From an uncultured Planctomycetales bacterium (GTDB lineage Bacteria > Planctomycetota > Phycisphaerae > UBA1845 > G020352895): DNA of 64,000 nucleotides. This document shows positions 1-8,187 of the stretch, piece after piece (position 1 is the stretch's first letter; every line of letters begins with the position of its first letter). The position numbers and the translations under genes are program-made. Under the pieces are notes generated by a model, which was not told the origin of the DNA, ran no database searches, and worked only from the letters and a program-made list of their open reading frames with translations. Where the stretch lies: assembly GCA_964571825.1 (NCBI GenBank), contig CAZNDQ010000001.1:5540-69539 (forward strand), written 5' to 3'.

Positions 1-28
1 GACTCGCTCGGGTGGACCATCCGCCGAG

Positions 29-658
29 GTGGTGTTGCGTTGTGCCGAAGTGCTGCCCGAGCCGCGCGGCTGGGCGCTGGTGCTGGCCAGCGAGGCGGAT
101 GCGGAGCAGGTGGCCGGACTAAAGGCGTTCCTCACCATGCCGCCGGCTGATGAGAACGGGGCCATGTCGGCAATCGCCCGCGCCCGCCTCGTGCAGCTGG
201 ACGCGCCGGGTGATGCCGGCACCTGCGCGCGATGCGGCGCCGCGCTGGTAATGCGTCCGGTGTGCCCGTCGTCGACGCCGCAGACCGCGGACGACTGCGA
301 AGCGCCGGGTGACTCGGGTGGCGTGGCGGACGGCCAGCGGCTGCGGACGGCTCTTCAGCTAGCGATGGATGAACCGTCCGATGTTGCGGATATGGATCTG
401 GTGGCCTCGGTGGCGCGTCTCGTCGACGACTACCACGAACAAGTAACTGTCGCCAGCGACGCCATTGCTGCGCTGCGCTCAGCGCGTGACGACGCCGGCG
501 CCATCCGCCGCGAGGCCCGAGCCGAGGTGCTGATGGAGCTGATTGAGGAGCTGCGTGTCTATCCTGCACTGTGGGCATCGTGGGAGGACGTGATTCGACG
601 AGAGGTGCGCGCCATGCTCGCAGATGCCGAGAAGGAGCGACGCGATGGGACCGACTGA
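29..658 (+). CDS. hypothetical protein (frame stays open back to position 2, may be 5' truncated)
   Basis: 209-aa ORF co-oriented with the + strand block. No recognisable motif. Confidence 0.4.
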   Translation: MVLRCAEVLPEPRGWALVLASEADAEQVAGLKAFLTMPPADENGAMSAIARARLVQLDAPGDAGTCARCGAALVMRPVCPSSTPQTADDCEAPGDSGGVADGQRLRTALQLAMDEPSDVADMDLVASVARLVDDYHEQVTVASDAIAALRSARDDAGAIRREARAEVLMELIEELRVYPALWASWEDVIRREVRAMLADAEKERRDGTD

Positions 659-718
659 CGCAGACGATGCCGCACGGAACGCCGGGTCGACTGACTTTGA
701 GTCGCTGCGGGGTTTGCG

Positions 719-1150
719 ATGACGCTTACGGTCTACACGTCGCGCATCGACTACAGCGGCCCGGACCGTATCGATATCACGCGCAAGTCAGGATGCCGCG
801 TCGGCAAGTGCTTCGCGCCGTCGTGGAAGATCCTGAAACCGGCGCTGGACGACATGAAGCGCGCCGGCAAGATGCGCGCCGACGCGTCGTTGCTGCCATC
901 GCCGCGAGTGCGCGCCGTCGTGGTGAGCGGCGCCAACGATCTGCACGACGCAGCATGGCGCCGCTACGTTGACGCGTTCACTTCCGAGATGCGCGTATCT
1001 TATCGCGAAAACCGCGGCACGTGGGACGACGTCCTGTCCCGCGACGAGGTGACGCTGTGCTGTTACTGCACCGACGCGGCGCACTGTCACCGCCGGCTGG
1101 TGGCGGACATGCTGGTGAAACTCGGTGCGACGTATGGAGGTGAAAGGTGA
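719..1150 (+). CDS. DUF488-like protein
   Basis: N-terminal TSRIDYSG..DITRKSG and C-terminal LCCYCTDAAHCHRRLVADML resemble the DUF488 family signature as I recall it. Confidence 0.55.
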   Translation: MTLTVYTSRIDYSGPDRIDITRKSGCRVGKCFAPSWKILKPALDDMKRAGKMRADASLLPSPRVRAVVVSGANDLHDAAWRRYVDAFTSEMRVSYRENRGTWDDVLSRDEVTLCCYCTDAAHCHRRLVADMLVKLGATYGGER

Positions 1151-1830
1151 CTACCGCCCGCATCGTCGCGCTCTCAGACACGCACATGCACCACGAAAAG
1201 CTGCGCGTACCGGACGGCGACATCCTGATCCATGCCGGCGACGCGACCAACGAGGGCTTGCCGTGGGAGTTTCTTGCCTTCGCGAAGTGGTTCGCGGCGC
1301 TGCCGCACGCTGCGAAGATCTACGTGCCTGGAAATCATGACCGCGTCGTGCAGGTGTGCCACGAGCGCGGCGAAGACGGCGAGACGTGGCTGCGCGACGC
1401 GATGCCCGGCGTGAAGATCCTGATCGACCAGTACATCAACGTCGGCGTCGGCACTGGCCGCGACGTGGAGCTGCTGAAGATCTACGGCACGCCGTGGGTT
1501 CCAGCATGCGGCGTGTGGGCGTGGCAGTACGAGCGCGGCAGCGCGGAGCTTTCCGCACGGGCGCTCGCCATTCCGGATTGCGACATCCTGGTGAGCCACG
1601 GTCCGGCGTACGGCATCTGCGACGTGGATCGTGCGATGCGGACCGAGGCGCTGGGCTGCGCAGCGTTGCGACACAGGCTTGAGCTTGGCGGCGTGAAGCA
1701 TCACGTGCATGGGCATATCCACCACTGCGATCCGTGGCGGAACGAAGGCGCGTGGACGACGCACAACGTGGCGTGTCGGGTGGCAGCGTTTGATGTGACG
1801 ATCGAAGGCGGCGCTGTGGAGGTGACGTAA
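1147..1830 (+). CDS. metallophosphoesterase (calcineurin-like)
   Basis: Ordered motifs SDTH, HAGD, GNHD, SHGP and HGHIH. Start overlaps the upstream stop (GTGA). Confidence 0.75.
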   Translation: MTTARIVALSDTHMHHEKLRVPDGDILIHAGDATNEGLPWEFLAFAKWFAALPHAAKIYVPGNHDRVVQVCHERGEDGETWLRDAMPGVKILIDQYINVGVGTGRDVELLKIYGTPWVPACGVWAWQYERGSAELSARALAIPDCDILVSHGPAYGICDVDRAMRTEALGCAALRHRLELGGVKHHVHGHIHHCDPWRNEGAWTTHNVACRVAAFDVTIEGGAVEVT

Positions 1831-2078
1831 TGGCAAAGCGAAAATCCAAGTCGGCAGCAATCGGCGAGGCGGTCGACCGGCTGGCGGACGCCACGCCGTA
1901 CGGGCACGCCATGAAGTGCTTGGGTCCCACGATGCTGCTAGACGCTGCCGCGTCTCGGATTCGTGAGCTGGAGGAAACGGTCAAGTGGGTATCCGGGTGC
2001 TCCGACGCGTCCGCGCGGTCGTACGTGCGCTGCCGTCACCCCGAGCTGCTCACTGACGACGGGCGGTGCGCCACATGA
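1830..2078 (+). CDS. hypothetical protein
   Basis: 82-aa ORF with its start overlapping the upstream stop (TAATG). Confidence 0.4.
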   Translation: MAKRKSKSAAIGEAVDRLADATPYGHAMKCLGPTMLLDAAASRIRELEETVKWVSGCSDASARSYVRCRHPELLTDDGRCAT

Positions 2079-2365
2079 CCCGCTGGCGCTGGCAGTTCAC
2101 CATCGACACGAGCCGCGCCGCGTTGGCGCGATTCGGCGAGGCGATCATCGACACCGGGGCGCACGTCGTCGACACGCACACGTTCATCAAGGGACGGCTT
2201 GGCCGCGACGTGACGGCCGTTGTCATGGTGTCGCTGAACGAGGGCGACGAGGAGCGGTTCGCTGCGATCTGCAAGCCACACTTCGGCGAGATGAAGCCGC
2301 CGCCGCTGGTTCAGGTGGGCATGGTGAAGCAGCCCGACGATGGGCACCCAGGGAGGCGACGATGA
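2075..2365 (+). CDS. hypothetical protein
   Basis: ORF 2066..2365. The ATG at 2075 forms an ATGA overlap with the upstream stop. Confidence 0.4.
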   Translation: MTRWRWQFTIDTSRAALARFGEAIIDTGAHVVDTHTFIKGRLGRDVTAVVMVSLNEGDEERFAAICKPHFGEMKPPPLVQVGMVKQPDDGHPGRRR

Positions 2366-2700
2366 GCGACAACGATCCGCTAGACGATGACGGGCCGCTA
2401 ATCTGCGATGCGGATGGGTGCGCACGGTTCGCCACGACCTGGTGCGGAGGCGACGTCGCTGTGTTCTGCTGGGACCACGGCAGACCGTACCGCAAGAACC
2501 ACAACGGCCCGGACGAGAACGATCTGCTTGACTGCGCGGACGTGCTGGCCGCAGAGGCGCAGGTGCGCCGCGAGACGCTGCTTCGCGTCGCAAAGCGGTG
2601 CGTGCAGCTGGCCGAGTTGCAGGCCGCCAGCGTCGACGAGCAGTGCGACGGGCGGACAGCGTTGTTGCGTCTCGCTGACGAGTTGCGGGGTGGCACGTGA
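2362..2700 (+). CDS. hypothetical Cys-containing protein
   Basis: Internal ATG at 2362 of ORF 1963..2700, preceded by GGGAGG. ATGA overlap with the upstream stop. Confidence 0.45.
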   Translation: MSDNDPLDDDGPLICDADGCARFATTWCGGDVAVFCWDHGRPYRKNHNGPDENDLLDCADVLAAEAQVRRETLLRVAKRCVQLAELQAASVDEQCDGRTALLRLADELRGGT

Positions 2701-2879
2701 CGATCTGGCAGGCCGCGGCGTACGGCTCCGTGCTGCTGCTGATGATCGGCGGAGGCGCCGGGTGGGCTGGCTACGTAGTCGGCCGCTACGTCGAGCGGCG
2801 GCGCATCGCGACGCTTGCCGTTGCGCTGGTGCGGCGGCGTGCTGATGCGACTGTGGTCGTGTCGGAGGAGGTGCACTAA
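2697..2879 (+). CDS. small membrane protein
   Basis: 60 aa with one hydrophobic span (AAYGSVLLLMIGGGAGWAGYVV). GTGA overlap with the upstream gene. Confidence 0.4.
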   Translation: MTIWQAAAYGSVLLLMIGGGAGWAGYVVGRYVERRRIATLAVALVRRRADATVVVSEEVH

Positions 2880-2880
2880 C

Positions 2881-3249
2881 GTGACGTGGCTGCGCGCCAG
2901 CGACGTGGCGGCAGAGTTGCGCTGCAGCCTGCGCCAAGCGTACTCGCTCATGGCGGACATGAACCCGATGCGCGCCGGGCGCATGCTTCGCGTGTCGCGG
3001 TTCGAGTTTGACCAATGGTGCGCCGCGCGGCAGCATCGGCGAACATGGCAGCGAGGCTCTACAAGCGCGGGCGGATCTGGTGGACGTGGTTCTACGACGC
3101 AGATGGCAGGCGCCGCGTCAAGTCGACAAGATGCCGCGACCACCGCGCCGCAAGCATCGTCGCGCGACAACTCGAGCGCGAGAGCGCCGCTCCGGGAAAC
3201 GCAGCCTCGGCGGAAACGATCCGCGGCGCCTGCGAGCGCCTCAGAGTAG
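2881..3249 (+). CDS. excisionase-like HTH DNA-binding protein (C-terminal extent doubtful)
   Basis: GTG at 2881 gives VTWLRASDVAAELRCSLRQAYSLMADM..LRVSRFEFDQW, typical of Xis/AlpA-type HTH. The frame only stops at 3249, about 200 nt inside int. Confidence 0.45.
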   Translation: MTWLRASDVAAELRCSLRQAYSLMADMNPMRAGRMLRVSRFEFDQWCAARQHRRTWQRGSTSAGGSGGRGSTTQMAGAASSRQDAATTAPQASSRDNSSARAPLRETQPRRKRSAAPASASE

Positions 3250-4046
3250 ATCGCGAAAACCGCGGACGGAGCGACGCGACGATCTCGTACTACGAGACCA
3301 AGCTCGGCCACATTCTCCGCGTGTTCGGTGCAGACACGTTGCTGTCCGAGGTAGACCCGGTCAGCGTCGATGCGTACATCGCGACGCGGCGCAGCGAGGA
3401 CGCGTCGATCGCGACGATCGCCAAGGAGTTAGGCGCACTGCGCGGCGCGCTACGGCTCGCGGCGCGGCGCGGTGAGTACGATCGCGACCCGTCGTCGGTG
3501 TTACCGGAGGGATGGAGCGGCGGCTACAGGCCGCGCACGCGGAGCCTGACCGAGGACCAGGCACGTGAGCTGATCGCCGAGCTGCGGCACGACAGGGCGG
3601 CACACGTGGCGTTCATGCTGGCCACTGGAGCGCGGCTCGGCGAGTCGATCCGTGCGCGGCGCAGCGACATCGACCTAGACCGCCACGTGGTGGCACTGAG
3701 AGGCACCAAGACGCCAGGGGCGCGCCGCATCGTCCCCGTGCTGGCCCATGTGGCGGACCTCGCTGCACGCGCCGTATCAGGCGCAGCAAAGGCTGGCCCA
3801 GCGTACGCCCCGTGGCCCAACGTGAGGCGTGACATCGCAGCAGCATGCCGCCGCGCGCAGGTGCCGGTGGTGTCGCCGAACGATCTGCGACGGTCAGCGG
3901 CTACGTGGTTGATCGAACGCGGCGCGCCGGCCCACCTTGTGGCGTACTACCTCGGCCACGTCGGCAGCCGCATGGTGGAGCGGGTCTATGGCAGGGTCGA
4001 CGGCGAAGCGCTTGCTAGGGCCTTCGCCGCTGCAGCAGATTTGTAG
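3045..4046 (+). CDS. int: tyrosine recombinase / phage integrase
   Basis: N-terminal LYKRGRIWWTWFYD. Catalytic-region motifs ATGARLGE, LRRSAATW and YLGHVGSRMVERVYG. Lies next to a partial tRNA. Confidence 0.9.
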   Translation: MAARLYKRGRIWWTWFYDADGRRRVKSTRCRDHRAASIVARQLERESAAPGNAASAETIRGACERLRVDRENRGRSDATISYYETKLGHILRVFGADTLLSEVDPVSVDAYIATRRSEDASIATIAKELGALRGALRLAARRGEYDRDPSSVLPEGWSGGYRPRTRSLTEDQARELIAELRHDRAAHVAFMLATGARLGESIRARRSDIDLDRHVVALRGTKTPGARRIVPVLAHVADLAARAVSGAAKAGPAYAPWPNVRRDIAAACRRAQVPVVSPNDLRRSAATWLIERGAPAHLVAYYLGHVGSRMVERVYGRVDGEALARAFAAAADL

Positions 4047-4129
4047 CACGCACCCGTCGTCACGGTGCGCACTGTGCGCGCCATGCACGGCCGGCGATGG
4101 CAGGATCGCGAGATAACACAGCGATATTC

Positions 4130-4176
4130 GGTGCCGAGGGTCAGAATTGAACTGACGACACGCGGATTTTCAGTCC
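4130..4176 (-). other. attP-like core: 3' portion of tRNA-Phe(GAA), from anticodon loop to acceptor end, with no 5' half
   Basis: Minus strand reads CTGAAAA-TCCGC-GTGTC-GTCAG-TTCAATT-CTGAC-CCTCGGC-A-CC. Upstream sequence has no D arm or acceptor partner. Confidence 0.7.
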
Positions 4177-4196
4177 TGGGGCACAGGCCCTAAGCA

Positions 4197-4222
4197 TCGT
4201 GAATATTTATAAATATTCACGA
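4197..4222. repeat. 26-bp perfect AT-rich palindrome TCGTGAATATTTATAAATATTCACGA
   Basis: Exact self-complementarity read directly from the sequence. Lies between the att fragment and the first early promoter. Confidence 0.9.
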
Positions 4223-4271
4223 AGTGAAGCACAATCGTAGCAGCGACCTGCAGAAAATCGACCGCCACCCC

Positions 4272-4300
4272 TTGCGCCTCGTACTACGGATGCGTATTGT
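4272..4300 (+). promoter_or_regulatory. class I sigma70-like promoter P1 (TTGCGC-N17-TATTGT)
   Basis: Hexamers with a 17-nt spacer. AAATCGAC box (4255..4262) 9 nt upstream of -35, as in P2 and P3. Confidence 0.5.
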
Positions 4301-4340
4301 AGAGGTGTCGCCGGGACGGACCCGGCAGAGGGAGACTGAC

Positions 4341-4712
4341 ATGAGCACCTACGCGATCATCGACTCGAGCAGCACCATCATCGCCCAGGCAGACCGCGAG
4401 ACCGACGAGCAGGCGCAGTCGTGGTTCGCGGCCTTCGCTGGTCGCGGAAACAGCCTCGTGGTGCTGGACCTCGCCGATGGCGAGGTGGCGGAGACCGGTG
4501 ACGTCGTATCGGTAGACGATGACGGCGTCGCGACGGTGTGCCGCCTGACCGTCCACGACTACCAGACCGGCGAAGAGCTGGGCGAGCTGAGCGCTGAGCA
4601 GGCTGCTGCGTACGCCGCCGAGCTGGCCTCCATGACCGAGTCGGAGCGCGCCGTGGGCGCCGTCGATGGCGAGCGCTACGGCCACCCGGGCAGGACCATT
4701 TACGCCTGCTGA
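4341..4712 (+). CDS. hypothetical acidic protein
   Basis: ATG at 4341 preceded by AGAGGGAGA. 123 aa. Confidence 0.55.
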   Translation: MSTYAIIDSSSTIIAQADRETDEQAQSWFAAFAGRGNSLVVLDLADGEVAETGDVVSVDDDGVATVCRLTVHDYQTGEELGELSAEQAAAYAAELASMTESERAVGAVDGERYGHPGRTIYAC

Positions 4713-4787
4713 CGTCCTGCGACGCGACGCCGCTCTCCGGAGCGACGTCGACCGCAGCACGTGAGCTGCCACAGAGGGAGACGCGAC

Positions 4788-5003
4788 ATGACCGACTATG
4801 ACAGCTACCGGACAATGCCCTGGACCTCAGACCACGACGAGTGTGAGGCCGGGTGCGGCGTGGTCATGGCCGAGGGGCGCTACGTCGAGGGCGACCATGG
4901 CCACTATTGCTCGCGGCGCTGCCTGTACGAGCAGGAGGGCGACAGCGGCCCCTCCGACGCTTGGCTCCGCCAGCAGGAGCGCAGGCAGATGGGAATCGGC
5001 TGA
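4788..5003 (+). CDS. hypothetical Cys/His-containing small protein
   Basis: ATG at 4788 preceded by AGAGGGAGA and the repeated structured leader. Confidence 0.5.
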   Translation: MTDYDSYRTMPWTSDHDECEAGCGVVMAEGRYVEGDHGHYCSRRCLYEQEGDSGPSDAWLRQQERRQMGIG

Positions 5004-5079
5004 TGTCCTGCGACGCGCCCCGTCTCACCCGAGGCGAGGCGACCGCAGCACGTGAGCTGCAGAGGGAGAGACTGAGACC

Positions 5080-5379
5080 ATGACGAATCAAGCAGAGGTC
5101 TACGAGCTACACCTGATCGCCAGCGGGTCCGGGCCCCACGATGGCCCCGACAGCACGGCTCGCCTGTTGTCAACGCACGACACGCTCGCGGCCGCGGCGC
5201 GTGCGGGCGCGGCCTACCTCGTCGAGCACGGGGCCGCGTGGCTCCAGATCGACGATGGCCATGGCGGCATCACCGACGTGGAGGAGTGCCTCCGCGACGG
5301 CGCCGACCGCGGGGCGCCAGATGCCGCGCGCCGTGGCGAAGCGATCCGCCCTGCGGCCCTCGGACCACGGCGCTACTAG
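5080..5379 (+). CDS. hypothetical protein
   Basis: ATG at 5080 preceded by AGAGGGAGAGA and the repeated structured leader. Confidence 0.5.
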   Translation: MTNQAEVYELHLIASGSGPHDGPDSTARLLSTHDTLAAAARAGAAYLVEHGAAWLQIDDGHGGITDVEECLRDGADRGAPDAARRGEAIRPAALGPRRY

Positions 5380-5472
5380 ACGAGATTCTCCGCGCGAGCG
5401 GAGGTGACCCCGAGTTGGTTGTTGCGAGAAAAAGTCCCCACGCATGTGGGGGGAGTGAAACCGAGGAGACCG

Positions 5473-5664
5473 ATGATGCACAGGGCGTTTCAGGGAGCGA
5501 ATGGCTGGTACGTGGCGGAGGAGGACGAGAGCGGGTTTCATCGCCAGCCGTCGGTTGGTCCGTGGCTGTCGAGATCCGAGGCCGTCCGCGTAGCGCGCGA
5601 GCGCAACGAACACAGCGACGATGACGAGGCCGCAGAGTATTGGGGCGGCACCGAGGAGCCATGA
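5473..5664 (+). CDS. hypothetical protein
   Basis: Internal ATG of ORF 5404..5664, preceded by GAGGAG. Confidence 0.4.
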   Translation: MMHRAFQGANGWYVAEEDESGFHRQPSVGPWLSRSEAVRVARERNEHSDDDEAAEYWGGTEEP

Positions 5665-5705
5665 ACCGCGGCACGTGAGCTGCACGAGAAGAGAAAGGAA
5701 GAGCC

Positions 5706-6650
5706 ATGAGCAAAGTAAGATTGTGGGTGCTGGGGGCACCGGATCCAGAAATGGCAGCCATCGAAGCGCTCCTCGCGCAATGCGGTGAGCAGGTGGCCCA
5801 TGCCACCGTCGGCGGTACGCGCGTGCGGCCCGATCAGGCGTACGCCGATGCGTGCACCTGGCACGACCCGGACCCGGATTCGTGGGACGAGATCATCACG
5901 ATCGAATGCGGGCCTACCACGCGCGTCACGCAGCGCATCGACCATCACCGCTCCGGAGACCCGGGCCATGGCCGACCACCCGTCGAGTTCCTGGCCGCCA
6001 GCTCGATCGGTCAGGTGATCGCAGCGCTTGCGCGGTTGGGGCGGCTCCCGACGGCGTGGGAGCGCTCCGATCTCGCCACCATGCGCCACCCACCAGGGCA
6101 CATTGGCCTTGGCGCGCGCCCCGGATCGCGGACGCGATCGACGTGGGTCGTGACCACGTCCGCGTTCGACGGGCGAGGCGCCACACTCATCCCCGACGAT
6201 CTCGTCCTCGTTGCGGCCGCCGATCACTGCCTCGCCGCCGCGTACCGCGGCGAGTGCCCAGGTGTCGACCCTGACGCGCTCATGCGCTGGCGCGTAGAAT
6301 CGCGCGCCGCGTTCCAGCGCCGCGACCCGGCGCGCTTGCTCGCCGATGTCGAGGCCACACGCGCGGCGCTGCAGAAGGCCCCTACGATCACGCTCGCCTC
6401 GGAGCCTCCCCAACCGGTCATCGTCGCCGACATGCGCCGCGACACACCGTGGCCGGAGCTGCCGGAGGCCGCCGCGCGCGAGGGGATCGGTTACGTCTCG
6501 GGGCCGCTCGTCGGCCCTGACGGCCGGCGCAAGTTCACGTGCGCCGGAACCCGCGAGCAAGTGCGCGCTTGGCTGGATTGGGCCAAGGCGCCTCTCATCG
6601 ACGTCTACGGCGATCCCGAGCGGGGCTTCGCGGGCGGCTACGAGCCATGA
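5706..6650 (+). CDS. hypothetical protein (IDHH..GDPG motif, function unknown)
   Basis: 314-aa ORF with an AAGGAAGAG Shine-Dalgarno (SD) sequence, preceded by the hairpin GCGGCACGTGAGCTGC. Confidence 0.55.
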   Translation: MSKVRLWVLGAPDPEMAAIEALLAQCGEQVAHATVGGTRVRPDQAYADACTWHDPDPDSWDEIITIECGPTTRVTQRIDHHRSGDPGHGRPPVEFLAASSIGQVIAALARLGRLPTAWERSDLATMRHPPGHIGLGARPGSRTRSTWVVTTSAFDGRGATLIPDDLVLVAAADHCLAAAYRGECPGVDPDALMRWRVESRAAFQRRDPARLLADVEATRAALQKAPTITLASEPPQPVIVADMRRDTPWPELPEAAAREGIGYVSGPLVGPDGRRKFTCAGTREQVRAWLDWAKAPLIDVYGDPERGFAGGYEP

Positions 6651-7015
6651 CCCGCACCACCATCACACGCCTCGCCCACGAGACGGGCGCCGCACCGTGG
6701 CTCGTGTGGACCGACTTCGGGCCGGTGCTCCGCGACGAGCACGGCGACGAGCCGCTGCGCCTCGGCTCGCTGGCAGAGCTGGAGACGCAGCTACGCGGGT
6801 GGGTCGACAGCTGCCGCGTGCACCGACTCGTCAGCGGCATTCACGACCGCCGCAAGCAGCTGGGGCTGACGCAGGCCGAGGCGGCCGAACGCGCCGGCAT
6901 CACCCAGGGCGCCTGGAGCCACGCCGAGCGCGGCTACCGTGAGCCGCGCCTCGACCTGCTCGAGCGCATGGCGGCGGCGGTGGGGCTGCGCGTGGAGCTG
7001 GTCGACGACACGTGA
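6647..7015 (+). CDS. XRE-family HTH protein
   Basis: C-terminal RRKQLGLTQAEAAERAGITQGAWSHAERG is a classic XRE HTH. ATGA overlap with the upstream gene. Confidence 0.6.
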   Translation: MTRTTITRLAHETGAAPWLVWTDFGPVLRDEHGDEPLRLGSLAELETQLRGWVDSCRVHRLVSGIHDRRKQLGLTQAEAAERAGITQGAWSHAERGYREPRLDLLERMAAAVGLRVELVDDT

Positions 7016-7236
7016 TCCTCCGCGGCCTCACCCTCACCCAGGCGCTGCGCTGGCACCTCGAGCGCGCCGGCGATCCCCCCGCTGCTCGTGTGCCGCGCCC
7101 TCAACCTGCGAGTCGAAGCGCTGCGGCTGTCGGGGGCGCGGAAGGCGCGGAGCTGCTGGGCCCGGGCGGAAACGCGGCACATGTCGGGCGCTTGCGGAGT
7201 CCGGACCGACGATGATCACAAATCGACACCAACCCC

Positions 7237-7265
7237 TTGACACGGACCCCGCGAAGCCTCATACT
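7237..7265 (+). promoter_or_regulatory. class I promoter P2 (TTGACA-N17-CATACT), leaderless
   Basis: Consensus -35, 17-nt spacer, and the ATG 7 nt after the -10 with no SD. AAATCGAC box at 7220..7227. Confidence 0.6.
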
Positions 7266-7271
7266 CTGGAC

Positions 7272-7631
7272 ATGTCGAAGCGACACACCGCGGGACGCAG
7301 CAAGCACGACAGCCGCCCCCGGCGCGAGTCGCTCAGCAAGCGCCTGGGCCGCGTGGCCCGCCGCATCAAGGCGCGCGACGACAACCGCTGCGTGTACTGC
7401 GGCTCGGACGGCGACGGTGCGCACCTGCACCTGGACCACCTCACGCCACGCAGCGCTGGCGGCGCGGACGTGGCGAGCAACCTCGTCACCGCATGCCGGC
7501 GCTGCAATACGGCGCGACAGAATATGTCCGTCGCGCAGTGGTCGGCGTATGCTCGTACCGTGTACGGCCTGACTTTCTCGGCGCGGCAGATTCGCGCCCT
7601 GGCGCGCCGACGCCTTCCGGAGGCAGCATGA
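7272..7631 (+). CDS. HNH endonuclease
   Basis: CVYCG..HLDHLTPRSAGG..NLVTACRRCN matches the HNH ββα-metal (beta-beta-alpha-metal) motif with flanking Cys pairs. Confidence 0.8.
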   Translation: MSKRHTAGRSKHDSRPRRESLSKRLGRVARRIKARDDNRCVYCGSDGDGAHLHLDHLTPRSAGGADVASNLVTACRRCNTARQNMSVAQWSAYARTVYGLTFSARQIRALARRRLPEAA

Positions 7632-7846
7632 TCCACTACTACGCACAACCCTGCAGTGACCGCCTCCTGGCGATCCTCCGCACCCGCAACGACGACGGTC
7701 AGCCCGAGCTGGTCGTCGCGTGGCAGTACGACGACGCAGACGGCGCCGACCTGACCATCACCCGAGCGGATGGCAGCGAGCCGTCGCCGAGCGAGGAGGC
7801 GCACATCATGGCGACCCTCGCGGCGAACCGGGTGGAGCCGATCTGA
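7628..7846 (+). CDS. hypothetical protein
   Basis: ATGA overlap with the HNH gene stop. Confidence 0.45.
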   Translation: MIHYYAQPCSDRLLAILRTRNDDGQPELVVAWQYDDADGADLTITRADGSEPSPSEEAHIMATLAANRVEPI

Positions 7847-7892
7847 CAGTCACCCGCGACTAGTCGCCCTTGATTGGTACGACGATACAGCC

Positions 7893-8123
7893 ATGACCAG
7901 CATCATCATAACGACCGCGCCGCACGAAGACGGCCAGCGGATAACGGCTGCGCGCGACGGCGTCGCGCTGGCGTGGCTCCAGGTGGGGCTGCATGCGCGG
8001 TGGTCGCAGTGGGGCGAGCCGATGGGCTCCCCGGATCCACTCGCTGGGCGCAACGCGATCCGTGAGCACCTGCTGAGGACCGGCAGCGCGATCCGGCCCG
8101 CCCGCGAGCGCGCGCCATGCTGA
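7893..8123 (+). CDS. hypothetical protein
   Basis: Internal ATG of ORF 7770..8123. Weak start context. Confidence 0.3.
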   Translation: MTSIIITTAPHEDGQRITAARDGVALAWLQVGLHARWSQWGEPMGSPDPLAGRNAIREHLLRTGSAIRPARERAPC

Positions 8124-8187
8124 CCTCCGCCGCCATCCGCCGCATCGTGCGCGAGGAGCGCTGCGCCGCCCCGGTGCTGGAGTAGCA

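Noticed and set aside
4130-4176. A functional tRNA-Phe gene.
   Set aside because: Only the 3' portion (anticodon loop onward) is present. The upstream sequence lacks the D arm and the acceptor 5' strand, so it is interpreted as an att core.
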